Source: the human T2T-CHM13v2.0 reference genome, Homo sapiens. Taken from it: a stretch of 64,000 bases of DNA. Below are positions 1 through 11,279 of this stretch, one piece after another. The stretch lies in NCBI RefSeq assembly GCF_009914755.1, contig NC_060926.1; one strand, given 5' to 3'. The position numbers and the translations under genes were made by a program. The notes beneath the pieces were generated by a model. It was not told where the DNA came from and searched no databases. It worked only from the letters and a program-made list of their open reading frames with translations. Numbering within the stretch: the stretch's first letter is position 1; each line of letters opens with the position of its first letter.

Positions 1-1845
1 CAGCAGGCCAGTCATTCAATCCGACAGCTCCAAAATCATCCTTTTTGAATCCTCGTCCCACATCCATGGCACAGGGCTGTGAGGGCTGGGCTCCCAAGGC
101 CTTGGGCAGATCTGTACCTGTGGCTTCGCAGCGTTCAGCACCCACAGCTGCCTCTCATGGACAGGGCTGTTTTGAATGCCTGTAGCTTTTCCACACTGAG
201 GGTGCAAGATGTTGGTGGGTCTATGAATCTGGGGTTTGGAGAATGGAGCCTCCCTGTGAGGGGGCTTCAACCCTACATGGCCCTTCTTTGCTGCCCTAGC
301 AGAGGTTTTCCATGAGCCTCTTGGAAAGGCTACTGCCTGGACACCCAGGCTTTTCTCTACATCCTCTGGAGTCCAGACAAGAGGCTCCAAAGCCTCTAGT
401 CTCTTGCTCTCTTCACCTGCTGCCTTAACACTATGTGGAAGCCATCAAGGCTTGGAGCCACATCTGAAGTAGTGACCCAAGCTGTACCTGTGCATCATTC
501 AGCCATGGCTGGAGCTGGGGCTGCAGGGATGCAGGCAGCAGTGTCCTGAGGATGCACACAGCAGCAGGGCCATGGAGCTGGCCCAGGAAGCCATTCTTCT
601 CTGTTAGGCCCCAGGGCCTGTGAGAGCAAGGGCTACTGCAAAGGTCTCTGAAATGCCTCCAAGGCCTTTTACCCTTTGTCTTGGATACTTGCACTAAGCT
701 CCTTTTTATGCAAATACTCTAAGCCGTATTGAATTTTCCCCCTGAAAATCAGCTTTTCTTTTTGACCACTTGACTAGGCTGCAAATTTTCCAAACTTTTA
801 AGCTCCGCTTCTCATTTAAGTAGAAGTTCCAACTTGAGGTCATTTCTTAGCTCATACATAACAACACAGGCTGTTCGACGCAGACAGGACACCTCTTGAG
901 CTATGCTGCTCAGATGTTCATTCCACAAGATACATCCTAAATCATCACCCCCAAGTTCATAGTTTCACAGATCTCCAGGGCAAGGTCACTGTGCAGCCTC
1001 TGTTGGGCAAATCAAATGTAGTATTGGCTCCTATTCACAGGAAATTCCTGGTTTTCATCCGAGAACTTTTAAGTCTGGCCTTCACTGTCCATCCTTCTGT
1101 CAGCCTTCTGATCACAAGTATTTAACAATTCTCTACAGTGGTCCAAGCTTTTCCTCATCTTGCTGTCTTTTAAGCTTTCCCAACTCTCCCGACCTCTGTC
1201 TTTTACCCACTACTGAACCTGCTTCTACATTATCAGCTCTCTGTGTCACAGCCTGGCAATGTGGTAAAAGAAGAAAAGTCCATTTTCAGGGAAAAAATTC
1301 ACATAGGCTTCAGATATTTGCATGAAAAGAAGCTGAGTGCTGCTTGCCAAGACAATGGGGAAAAGGCCTTGAAGGCATTTCATAGGGAAAAGACCTTGAA
1401 GGAATTTCATAGCTTCCCTTCACAGTACTAACCTTCTGTATGATCAAAAAGAAAAGAGGTTTCATTGGCTCACAGTTCTGCAGGCTGCAAAGGAAGCATA
1501 GTAGTTTCTGCTTCTGGGAGGACTCAGGTGCTCCCAATCTTACTAGAAGACCAAGCGGCAAGGAGATGTTTCATACAGCAGGAGAAGGAGCAAGACAGAG
1601 AGAGGAAAGAGGTGCCACATCATGTTATACAAGCAGATCTCATGAGAAATCACTATCACGAGGTCAGCATCATGAAGATGCTGCTTAACCATTGGTGAAG
1701 GCTTCCACCCTGCAAAACTACCTCCCATTGTTTCCAGGCAGAAGCATGCTGCAGAGGCAGAGCTTCTTCGGAAACCTCTGTGAGGCCAGTGCAGAAGGAA
1801 AATATGGGCTTGGAGGACTAACACAGGGAGCCACCACCCTCCAGA
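1..1845 (-). mobile_element. MaLR (MST/THE1-type) internal region plus LTR, rearranged
   Basis: MST/THE1-int motifs (gcaaattttccaaacttt, catcctaaatcatc, aagttcatagtttcacagatctccagggca); LTR text aagaaaagaggtttcattggctcacagttctgcaggctg from 1437; oppositely oriented internal pieces at ~1250-1410 and ~1735-1845. Confidence 0.75.
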
Positions 1846-1848
1846 CCA

Positions 1849-4800
1849 CAGGCGCACCCTTGCAGAGGTGACTGGTTGCTCTTTGAGCCAGCTTGGCCTT
1901 GCCTGGCATGCACAGGCCCCAGGTAGCAACATGCTGCTCCGAGTGAGCTTGTCCTGCCTTGACACAAATTCTAAGTCTGGCCAGGGCCACAGAAGGCCGA
2001 GTCCCCTAGATGCTAATCCTGGCTACTTTCTGCACTTGAACATGAAGTCCTCCTCAAGACGGCCTGTGGTCTGCCTCTTGGCAACTAAGAAGCCCGCAGT
2101 GCCATATGACACCTGAGGCATGGACTGCAGCCCCAAAGGCAGCGCACACCCTGCTCCTGAGCCTGCTGCTTGTTTCCTCTCTGTGGCTCCATTTGTAGCA
2201 CTGTTGTTGCACTGAGGCTTGTGCATGCCAGGCAAGGCCAAGCTGGCTCAAAGAGCAACCAGTCACCTCTGCAAGGGTGCGCCAGGAGCCGGTGCACCAG
2301 CCACCAACCTCACTTGCTGCCAGACATGGCACATCAGTACTTCTACCCTAAAGGTAGGGCCACAAGGCCATCTGCTTTTCCTAAGGCCTCTGCTCCATCA
2401 GCCAACAGGAGACAGCCACTCAGGCTGTTGGAACCTGGCCATCCCGGCTTCCTTCAGTGAGTGAAGCTGGTGGCTGGTCCAACTGGTCCAGGCGCACCCT
2501 TGTAGAGGTGGCTGGTTCCGCTTTGAGCCAGCTTGGCCTTGCCTGGCATGCACAGGCCCCAGGTACTAACACGCTGCTCCAAGTGAGCTTGTCCTGCCTT
2601 GACACAAATTCTAAGTCTGGCCAGGGCCACAGAAGGCCGAGTCCCCTGAGTGGTAATCCTGGCTGCTTTCTGCACTTCAACATAAAGTCTTCCTCAAGAC
2701 AGCCTGTGGTCTGCCTCTTGGCAACCAAGAAGCCCGCAGTGCCATAGGACCCGAGGCATGGACTGGAGCCCCAAAGGCAGCGCACACCCTGCTCCTAAGT
2801 CTGCCACTCGTTTCCTCTCTGTGGCTCCATTTGTAGCACTGTTGTTGCACTGAGGCTTGTGCATGCCAGGCAAGGCCAAGCTGGCTCAAAGAGCAACCAG
2901 TCACTTCTGCAAGGGTGCGGCAGGAGCCGCTGCACCAGCCACCAACCTCACTTGCTACCGGACATGGCACATCAGTACTTCTACCCTAAAGGTAGGGCCA
3001 CAGGGCCATCTACTTTTCCTAAGGCCTCTGCTCCATCAGCCATCAGGAGACAGCCACTCAGGCTCTTGGAACCTGGCCATCCCTGCTTCCTTCAGTGGCT
3101 GAAGTTGGTGGCTGGTCCACCTGCTCCTGGCACACCTTTGCAGAGGTGGCTGGTTGCTCTTTGAGCCAGCTTGGCCCTGCCTGGCATGCATAGGCCCCAG
3201 CTACTGACACACTGCTCCAAGTGAGCTTGTCCTGCATTGGCACGAATTCTGAGTCTGGCCAGGGTCACAGAAGGCCAAGTCCCCTGGAAGGTTATCCTGG
3301 CTGCTTTCTGCACTTGAACATAAAGTCCTCCTCAAGATGGCCTGTTGTCTGACTCTTGGCAACCAAGAAGCCTGCAGTGCCATACGAGTTCTGAGGCATG
3401 GACTGGAGCCCCAAAGGCAGAGCACACCCTGCTCCTGACCCTGCTGCTCATTTCCTCTCTGTGGCTCCGTTTGTAGCACAGTTGTTGCACTGAGGCTTGT
3501 GCATGCCAGGGAAGGCCAAGCTGGCTCAAAGAGCAACCAGCCACCTCTGCAAGGGTGTGCCAGGAGCAGGTGCACCACTCACCCACTAGCGGCCGGACAT
3601 GGTACATCAGTTCTTCTACCCTAAAGGTGGGCCACAGTGCCATCTGCTTTTCCTAAGGCTTCTGCTCCATCAGCAATTAGGTGGCAGCCAAGGCAGGACA
3701 AGCTCACTCGGAGCAGCATGTTAGTACCTGGGGCCTGTGCATGCCAGGGAGGCCAAGCTGACTCAAAGAGCAACCAGCCACCTCTGCAAGGTCTGGCCAC
3801 GGCTACAGAAGGCCCCCCTGGATGGTAATCCTGGCTGCTTTCTGTACTTGAACATAAAGTCTTCCTCAAGACGGCCTGTGGTCTGCCTCCAGGCAAGCAA
3901 GAAGCCCGCAGTGCTATACGACTCGAGGCATGGACTGGAGCCCCAAAGGCGGCGCACACCCTGCTCCTGAGCCTGCTGCTCGTTTCCTCTCTATGGCTCC
4001 ATTTGTAGCACTGTTGTTGCACTGAGGCTTGTGCATGCCGGGCAAGGCCAAGCTGACTCAAAGAGCAACCAGTCACTTCTGCAAGGGTGCGCCAGGAACC
4101 GGTGCACCAGCCACCAACCTCACTTGCTACCGGACATGGCACATCAGTACTTCTACCCTAAAGGTAGGGCCACAGGGCCATCTGCTTTTCCTAAGGCCTC
4201 TGCTCCATCAGCCATCAGGAGGCAGCCACTCAGGCTGTTGGAACCTGGCCATCCCAGCTTCCTTGAGTAGCTGAGGTTGCTGGCTGGTCCACCTGCTCCT
4301 GGCACACCCTTGCAGAGGTGGCTGGTTGCTCTTTGAGCCAGCTTGGCCTTGCCTGGCATGCATAGGCCCAGCTACTGACACACTGCTCCAAGTGAGCTTG
4401 TCCTGCCTTGACACAAATTCTAAGTCTGGCCAGGGCCACAGAAGGCCGAGTCCCCTAGATGCTAATCCTGGCTACTTTCTGCATTTGAACATGAAGTCCT
4501 CCTCAAGACAGCCTGTGGTCTGCCTCTTGGCAACTAAGAAGCCCGCAGTGCCATATGACGCCTGAGGCATGGACTGCAGCCCCAAAGGCAGCGCACACCC
4601 TGCTCCTGAGCCTGCTGCTTGTTTCCTCTCTGTGGCTCCATTTGTAGCACTGTTGTTGCACTGAGGCTTGTGCATGCCAGGCAAGGCCAAGCTGGCTCAA
4701 AGAGCAACCAGTCACCTCTGCAAGGGTGCGCCAGGAGCCGGTGCACCAGCCACCAACCTCACTTGCTGCCAGACATGGCACATCAGTACTTCTACCCTAA

Positions 4801-7800
4801 AGGTAGGGCCACAAGGCCATCTGCTTTTCCTAAGGCCTCTGCTCCATCAGCCATCAGGAGACAGCCACTCAGGCTGTTGGAACCTGGCCATCCCGGCTTC
4901 CTTCAGTGGGTGAAGCTGGTGGCTGGTCCAGTTGGTCAAGGCTCACCCTTGTAGAGGTGGCTGGTTCCGCTTTGAGCCAGCTTGGCCTTGCCTGGCATGC
5001 ACAGGCCCCAGGTACTAACACACTGCTCCAAGTGAGCTTGTCCTGCCTTGACACAAATTCTAAGTCTGGCAAGGGCCACAGAAGGCCGAGTCCCCAGAGT
5101 GGTAATTCTGGCTGCTTTCTGCACTTCAACATAAAGTCTTCCTCAAGACAGCCTGTGGTCTGCCTCTTGGCAACCAAGAAGCCCGCAGTGCCATAGGACC
5201 CGAGGCATGGACTGGAGCCCCAAAGGCAGCGCACACCCTGCTCCTAAGTCTGCCACTCGTTTCCTCTCTGTGGCTCCATTTGTAGCACTGTTGTTGCACT
5301 GAGGCTTGTGCATGCCAGGCAAGGCCAAGCTGGCTCAAAGAGCAACCAGTCACTTCTGCAAGGGTGCGGCAGGAGCCGCTGCACCAGCCACCAACCTCAC
5401 TTGCTACCGGACATGGCACATCAGTACTTCTACCCTAAAGGTAGGGCCACAGGGCCATCTACTTTTCCTAAGGCCTCTGCTCCATCAGCCATCAGGAGAC
5501 AGCCACTCAGGCTCTTGGAACCTGGCCATCCCTGCTTCCTTCAGTGGCTGAAGTTGGTGGCTGGTCCACCTGCTCCTGGCACACCTTTGCAGAGGTGGCT
5601 GGTTGCTCTTTGAGCCAGCTTGGCCCTGCCTGGCATGCACAGGCCCCAGGTACTGACACGCTGCTCCGAGTGAGCTTGTCCTGCCTTGGCACAAATTCTG
5701 AGTCTGGCCAGGGCCACAGAAGGCCGAGTCCCCTGGATGGTAATCCTGGCTGCTTTCTGCACTTGAACATGAAGTCCTCCTCGAGACGGCCTGTTGTGTG
5801 CCTCCTGGTAACCAAGAAGCCCACAGTGTCATACGACCCCTGAGGCATGGACTGGAGCCCCAAAGGCAGCACACACCCTGCTGCTGAGCCCGCTGCTCAT
5901 TCCCTCTCTGTGGCTCCATTTGTAGCAGAGTAGTTGCACTGAGGCTTGTGCATGCTGGGCAAGGCCAAGCTGGCTCAAACAGCAACCAGCCACATCTGCA
6001 AGGGTGTGCCAGGAGCAGTCGGACCAGCCACCAACCTCACTCGCTGCCGGACATGGTACATCGGTTCTTCTACCCTAAAGGTAGGGCCAAGAGGCAGACC
6101 ACAGGCCGTCTTGAGGAGGACTTTATGTTCAAGTGCAGAAAGCAGCCAAGATTACCACCCAGGGGACTTGCCCTTCTGTGCTCCGCAGTGCCATACAAGC
6201 CTGAGGCATGGACTGGCGACATCTGCTTTATAGATAAATTAACTTAAGATCCATTAAAGAGTTAAATGTGCCATCTGACTTTCCCCAGGCCTCTCCTCCA
6301 TCAGCCCCCAGGTGGCAGCCACTCAGGGTGTTGTAACCTGGCCATCCCTGCTTCCTTCAGTGGGTGAGGTTGGTGGCTGGTCCAATTGGTCCAGGCGCAC
6401 CCTTGAAGAGGTGCCTCGTTGCTCTTTGAGCCAGCTTGGCCTTGCCTGGCATGCACAGGCCCCAGGTACTGACACGCTGCTCCGAGTGAGCTTCTCCTGC
6501 CTTGACACAAATTCTAAGTCTGGACAGGGCCACAGAAGGCTGAGTCCCTTGGATGGTAATCCTGGCTGCCTTCTGCACTTGAACATGAAGTCCTCCTCAA
6601 GACGGCCTGTGGTCTGCCTCTTGGCAACTAAGAAGCCTGCAGTGCCATACGACCCGAGGCATGGACTGGAGCCCCAAAGGCAGCGCACACCCTGCTCCTA
6701 AGTCTGCCGCTCATTTCCTCTCTGTGGCTCCATTTGTAGCACAGTTGTTGCACTGAGACTTGTGCATGCCGGTCAAGGCCAAGCTGGCTCAAACAGCAAC
6801 CAGCCACCTCTGCAAGGGTGTGCCAGGAGCAGGTGCACCAGTCACCAACTAGTGGCCAGACATGGTACATCAGTTCTTCTACCCTGAAGGTGGGCCACAG
6901 TGCCATCTGCTTTTCCTAAGGCCTCTGCTCCATCAGCAATTAGGTGGCAGCCAAGGCAGGACAGGCTCACTCAGAGCAGCGTGTTAGTACCTGGGGCCTG
7001 TGCATGCAAGGGAGATGAAGCTGGCTCAAAGAGCAACCAGCCACCTCTGCAAGGTCTGGCCGGGGCCACAGAAGGCTGAGTCCCCTGGATGGTAATCCTG
7101 GCTGCTTTCTGCACTTGAACATAAAGTCCTCCTCAAGATGGCCTGTTTTCTGCCTCTAGGCAACCAAGAGGCCCACAGTGCTATACGACTCGAGGCTTGG
7201 ACTGGAGCCCCAAAGGCAGCGCACAGCCTGCTCCTGAGCCTGCTGCTCGTTTCCTCTCTGTGGCTCCATATGTAGCAGAGAGGTTGCACTGAGGCTTGTT
7301 CACGCTGGGCAAGGCCAAGCTGGCTCAAAGAGCAACCAGTCACCTCTGCGAGGGTGTGCCAGGAGCCGCTGCACCAGCCACCAACCTCACTTGCTGCCAC
7401 ACATGGCACATCAGTACTTCTACCCTAAAGGTAGGGCCACAGGCCCATCTGCTTTTCCTAAGGCCTCTGCTCCATCAGCCATCAGGAGACAGCCACTCCG
7501 GCTGTTGGAACCTGGCCATCCCTGCTTCCTTCAGTGGGTGAAGCTGGTGGCTGGTCCAACTGGTCCAGTTGCACCATTGCAGAGGTGGCTGGTTGCTCTT
7601 TGAGCCAGCTTGGCCTTGCCTGGCATGCATAGGTCCCAGCTACTGACACGCTGCTCCGAGTGAGCTTGTCCTGCCTTGGCACAAATTCTGAGTCTGGCCA
7701 GGGCCACAGAAGGCCGAGTCCCCTGGATGGTAATCCTGGCTGCTTTCTGCACTTGAACATGAAGTCCTCCTCAAGACGGCCTGTGGTCTGCCTCTTGGCA

Positions 7801-8860
7801 ACTAAGAAGCCCGCAGTGCCATATGACGCCTGAGGCATGGACTGCAGCCCCAAAGGCAGCGCACACCCTGCTCCTGAGCCTGCTGCTTGTTTCCTCTCTG
7901 TGGCTCCATTTGTAGCACTGTTGTTGCACTGAGGCTTGTGCATGCCAGGCAAGGCCAAGCTGGCTCAAAGAGCAACCAGTCACCTCTGCGAGGGTGTGCC
8001 AGGAGCAACCGGACCAGCCACCAACCTCACTTGCTGCCAAACATGGTACATTGGTTCTTCTACCCTAAAGGTAGGGCCAAGAGGCAGACCACAGGCCATC
8101 TTGAGGAGGACTTTATGTTCAAGTGCAGAAAGCAGCCAGGATTGCCACCCAGGGGACTCGGCCTTCTGTGGTCTGCAGTGCCATATGAGCTCTGAGGCAT
8201 GGACTGGTGACATCTGCTTTATAGAAAAATTAACTTAAGATCCATTAAACAGTTAAACGTGCCATCTGATTTTCCTCAGGCCTCTGCTCCATCAGCCCTC
8301 AGGTGGCAGCTACTCAGGCTCTCGTAACCTGGTCATCCCTGCTTCCTTCTGTGGGTGAGGTTGGTGGCTAGTCCACCTGGTCCAGGCGCACCCTTGCAGA
8401 GGTGGCTGGTTGCTCTTTGAGCCAGCCTGGCCTTCCCTGGCATGCACAGGCCCCAGGTACCAACACGCTGCTCCGAGTGAGCTTGCCATGCCTTGACACA
8501 AATTCTAAGTCTGGCCACGGCCACAGAAGGCCAAGTCCCCTGGGTGGTAATCCTGGCTGTTTTCTGCACTTGAACATAAAGTCCTCCTCAAGATGGCCTG
8601 TGGTCTGCCTCTTGGCAACCAAGAAGCTCGCAGTGCCATACCATCCCTGAGGCACGGACTGGAGCCCCAAAGGCAGTGCACACCATGGTCTTGAGCCTGC
8701 TGCTCATTTCCTCTATGTGGCTCCATTTATAGCACAGTTATTCACTGATGCTTGTGCATGCTGGGCAAGGCCAAGCTGGCTCAAAGAGCAACCAGCCACA
8801 TCTGTAAGGGTCCACTTGGAGCAGATGGACCAGCCACCAACCTCACCCACTCAAGGAAGT
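1849..8860. repeat. GC-rich tandem array of ~640-bp units (about 11), each with an internal inverted repeat
   Basis: Arm gcgcacccttgcagaggtg(a/g)ctggttgctctttgagccagcttggccttgcctggcatgcaca recurs at ~1852, 2492, 3131, 4301, 4941, 5579, 6395, 7571, 8386. Its reverse complement recurs at ~2220, 2858, 3498, 4030, 4669, 5307, 5947, 6761, 7297, 7937, 8753. Confidence 0.92.
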
Positions 8861-8924
8861 AGGGAATGTGTGTTTGTACCATGCATTTCACTACAAGTAC
8901 ATTTCCCCTGAGGTTGGTGGCCTA

Positions 8925-10530
8925 CATTTTCTTCTAGATTTTTTGCTTTTAGGTCTTACATTTAACTCTTTTATCCTTCTTAAGTTAATTTTTGTATAAA
9001 GTGTAAGGAAGTGGCCCAGTTTCAGTTTGCTGCATATGGCTAGACAGTTTTCCTAACACCATTTATTAAATAGGCAATCCTTTCCCCAGTGCTTACCTTT
9101 GTCAGTTTTGTCAAAGATGTGGTGGTTTTACATGTGTGGTGCCATTTCTGTGGCCTCTGTTCTATTCCATTGGTCTATATATCTGGTTTGGTACCAGTAC
9201 CATGCTGTTTCCGTTACTGTGGCCTTGTAGAATAGTTTGAAGTCAGGTACTGTGATGCCTCCAGCTTTGTTCTTTTTGCTTAGGATTGTCTTGGCTATGT
9301 AGACTCTTTTTTGGTTCCATATGAAATTTAAAGTAGTTTTTCTAATTTTGTGAAGAAAGTCAATGGTAGCTTGATGGGGATAGCACTGAATCTATAAATC
9401 ACTTTGGGTGGTATGGCACTCAGGCACAGAAATGTCCTTGTGTTAGGCAATACCATTCAGGACATAGGCATGGGCAGAGACTTCATCACTACAACACCAA
9501 AAGCAATGGCAACAAAAGCCAAAATTGACAAATGGAACCTAATTAAGCTAAAGAGTGTCTGCAGAGCAAAAGAAACTATCATCAGAGTGAACAGGCAACC
9601 CACAGAATGGGAGAAAATTTTTGCAATCTATCCATCTGGCAAACGGCTAATATGCAGAATCTACAAAGAACTTAAACAAATTTACAAGAAAAAAAACAAC
9701 CCCATCAAAAAATGGGCAAAACATATGAACAGACACTTCCCAAATAAGACATTTATGCAGCTAAAGAACATGTGAAGCAAACCACATCATCACTGGTCAT
9801 TAGAGAAACGGAAATCAAAACCACAATGAGATACAATCTCACACCACTTAGAATGGCCAACATTAAAAGATGAGGAAACAACAGATGTTGGAGAGGACGT
9901 GGAGAAATAGGAACGCTTTTACACTCTTGGTGGTAGTATAAATTAGTTCATCCATTGTGGAAGACAGTGTGACAATTCCTCAAGGATCTACAACTAGAAA
10001 TACATTTAACCCAGCAATCCCATTACTGGGTATATACTGAAAAAATAATAAATCATTCTAATATAAAGACACATGCACACGTATGTTTACTGCGGCACAG
10101 TTCACAACAGCAAACACTTGGAAGCAACCCAAACGCCCATCAATGATAGACTGGATAATGTGGCATATATACACTATGGAATGCTATGCACCCATAAAAA
10201 AGGATGAGTTCATGTCCTTTGCAGGGACATGGATGAAGCTGGAAATCATCATTCTCAGCAAACAAACACAAGAACAGAAAACCAAACACCTCATGTTCTC
10301 ACTCGTAGGTGGGAACTGAACAATGAGAACACGTGGACACAGAAGGGTAACATAACACACCGAGAACTGTTGTGGGGTGGGGGAGCAGGGAGGGATAGCA
10401 TTAGGAGATATACCTCATGTTAAATGACGAGTTAATGGGTGCAGCACACCAACATGGCACATGTATACATATGTAACAAACCTGCACATTGTGCACATGT
10501 ACCCTAAAACTTAAAGTATAATAATAAAAT
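8925..10530 (+). mobile_element. L1PA 3' fragment with inverted 5' segment
   Basis: 8925-9418 is ORF2 in antisense; 9446-10530 is sense ORF2 end ([37 protein letters not shown]), 3'UTR and A-rich tail. Confidence 0.88.
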
Positions 10531-10569
10531 TTAAAAATTAAAAAAAAGTTTTAAAAAATTTCCAACTGG

Positions 10570-10606
10570 ATTTTTTTTTGTTTTTTGTGGTTTTTTTTTT
10601 TGTTGT

Positions 10607-10640
<34 letters not shown>

Positions 10641-11275
10641 CAGCCCCAGGAGTTTTAGCCAATTCAGATGCCTTGCTCCCCACAATTTGGAACATTCCTT
10701 TGGATTTGACCAAGTCAGGAAGAGATGGGAGAAAAGTGAAACAACAATAAAACCCCAAACATAAACAAAAAGAGTTAAGCAAAACAAACAAATGCACAAT
10801 TCATATGATTAACTGAGTGTTCTAATGGTAAGGAGGAATTAAAAGCAGCTGGTGGGTAATCTTAAATTTTAGTCATTAAGGAAAAATTTTAAGACAAAAC
10901 TCTAATTCAGCTACTTACCTGGAAATAAGGCTCAGACTGGGTGATCATTCTCTGCCATCTTAGAAGCTGGAAAAACTTACACTCACCTTCCCTGTCAGAA
11001 GCAAGCTGAAACTCAGGAAAGGAGGTGCCTGCTCTCCTTTGTCAATGGAAGCAGGAAAACTTGCCTTCCTTGTTGGAAATGAGTAAAACTTCAAAAAAGG
11101 AGTTGTACAGCAAAATCAACCTTACATCTCAACCAAATTTTCGGAGATCAGGGACTCTGTGAAGGGGAGAAGCTCCACAACCTCAGCAAATTATCCTATT
11201 GGTTTGGGCAATACAAATAGCCCAGGTTGGTATCAAGCAATAATGAGATTTATCAAAGGTCAGGACCACCTTTGT
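10570..11275 (-). mobile_element. Probable ERV1-class internal fragment with T-rich tract
   Basis: Composition and motifs resemble MER4-group internal leader sequence; family not determined. Confidence 0.35.
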
Positions 11276-11279
11276 AATG

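Noticed and set aside
1849-8860. CRISPR-like repeat/spacer array
   Set aside because: The spacers are themselves repeated, the units are ~640 bp, the context is primate and no cas genes are present
1543-8911. Dozens of 60-170 aa ORFs on both strands of the array
   Set aside because: They are by-products of a GC-rich repeat with inverted arms; frames break differently in each unit and I recognise no domain
10570-10640. Poly(A) tail of another retrocopy
   Set aside because: No adjacent AATAAA or TSD seen; more likely a low-complexity tract within an ERV-like fragment
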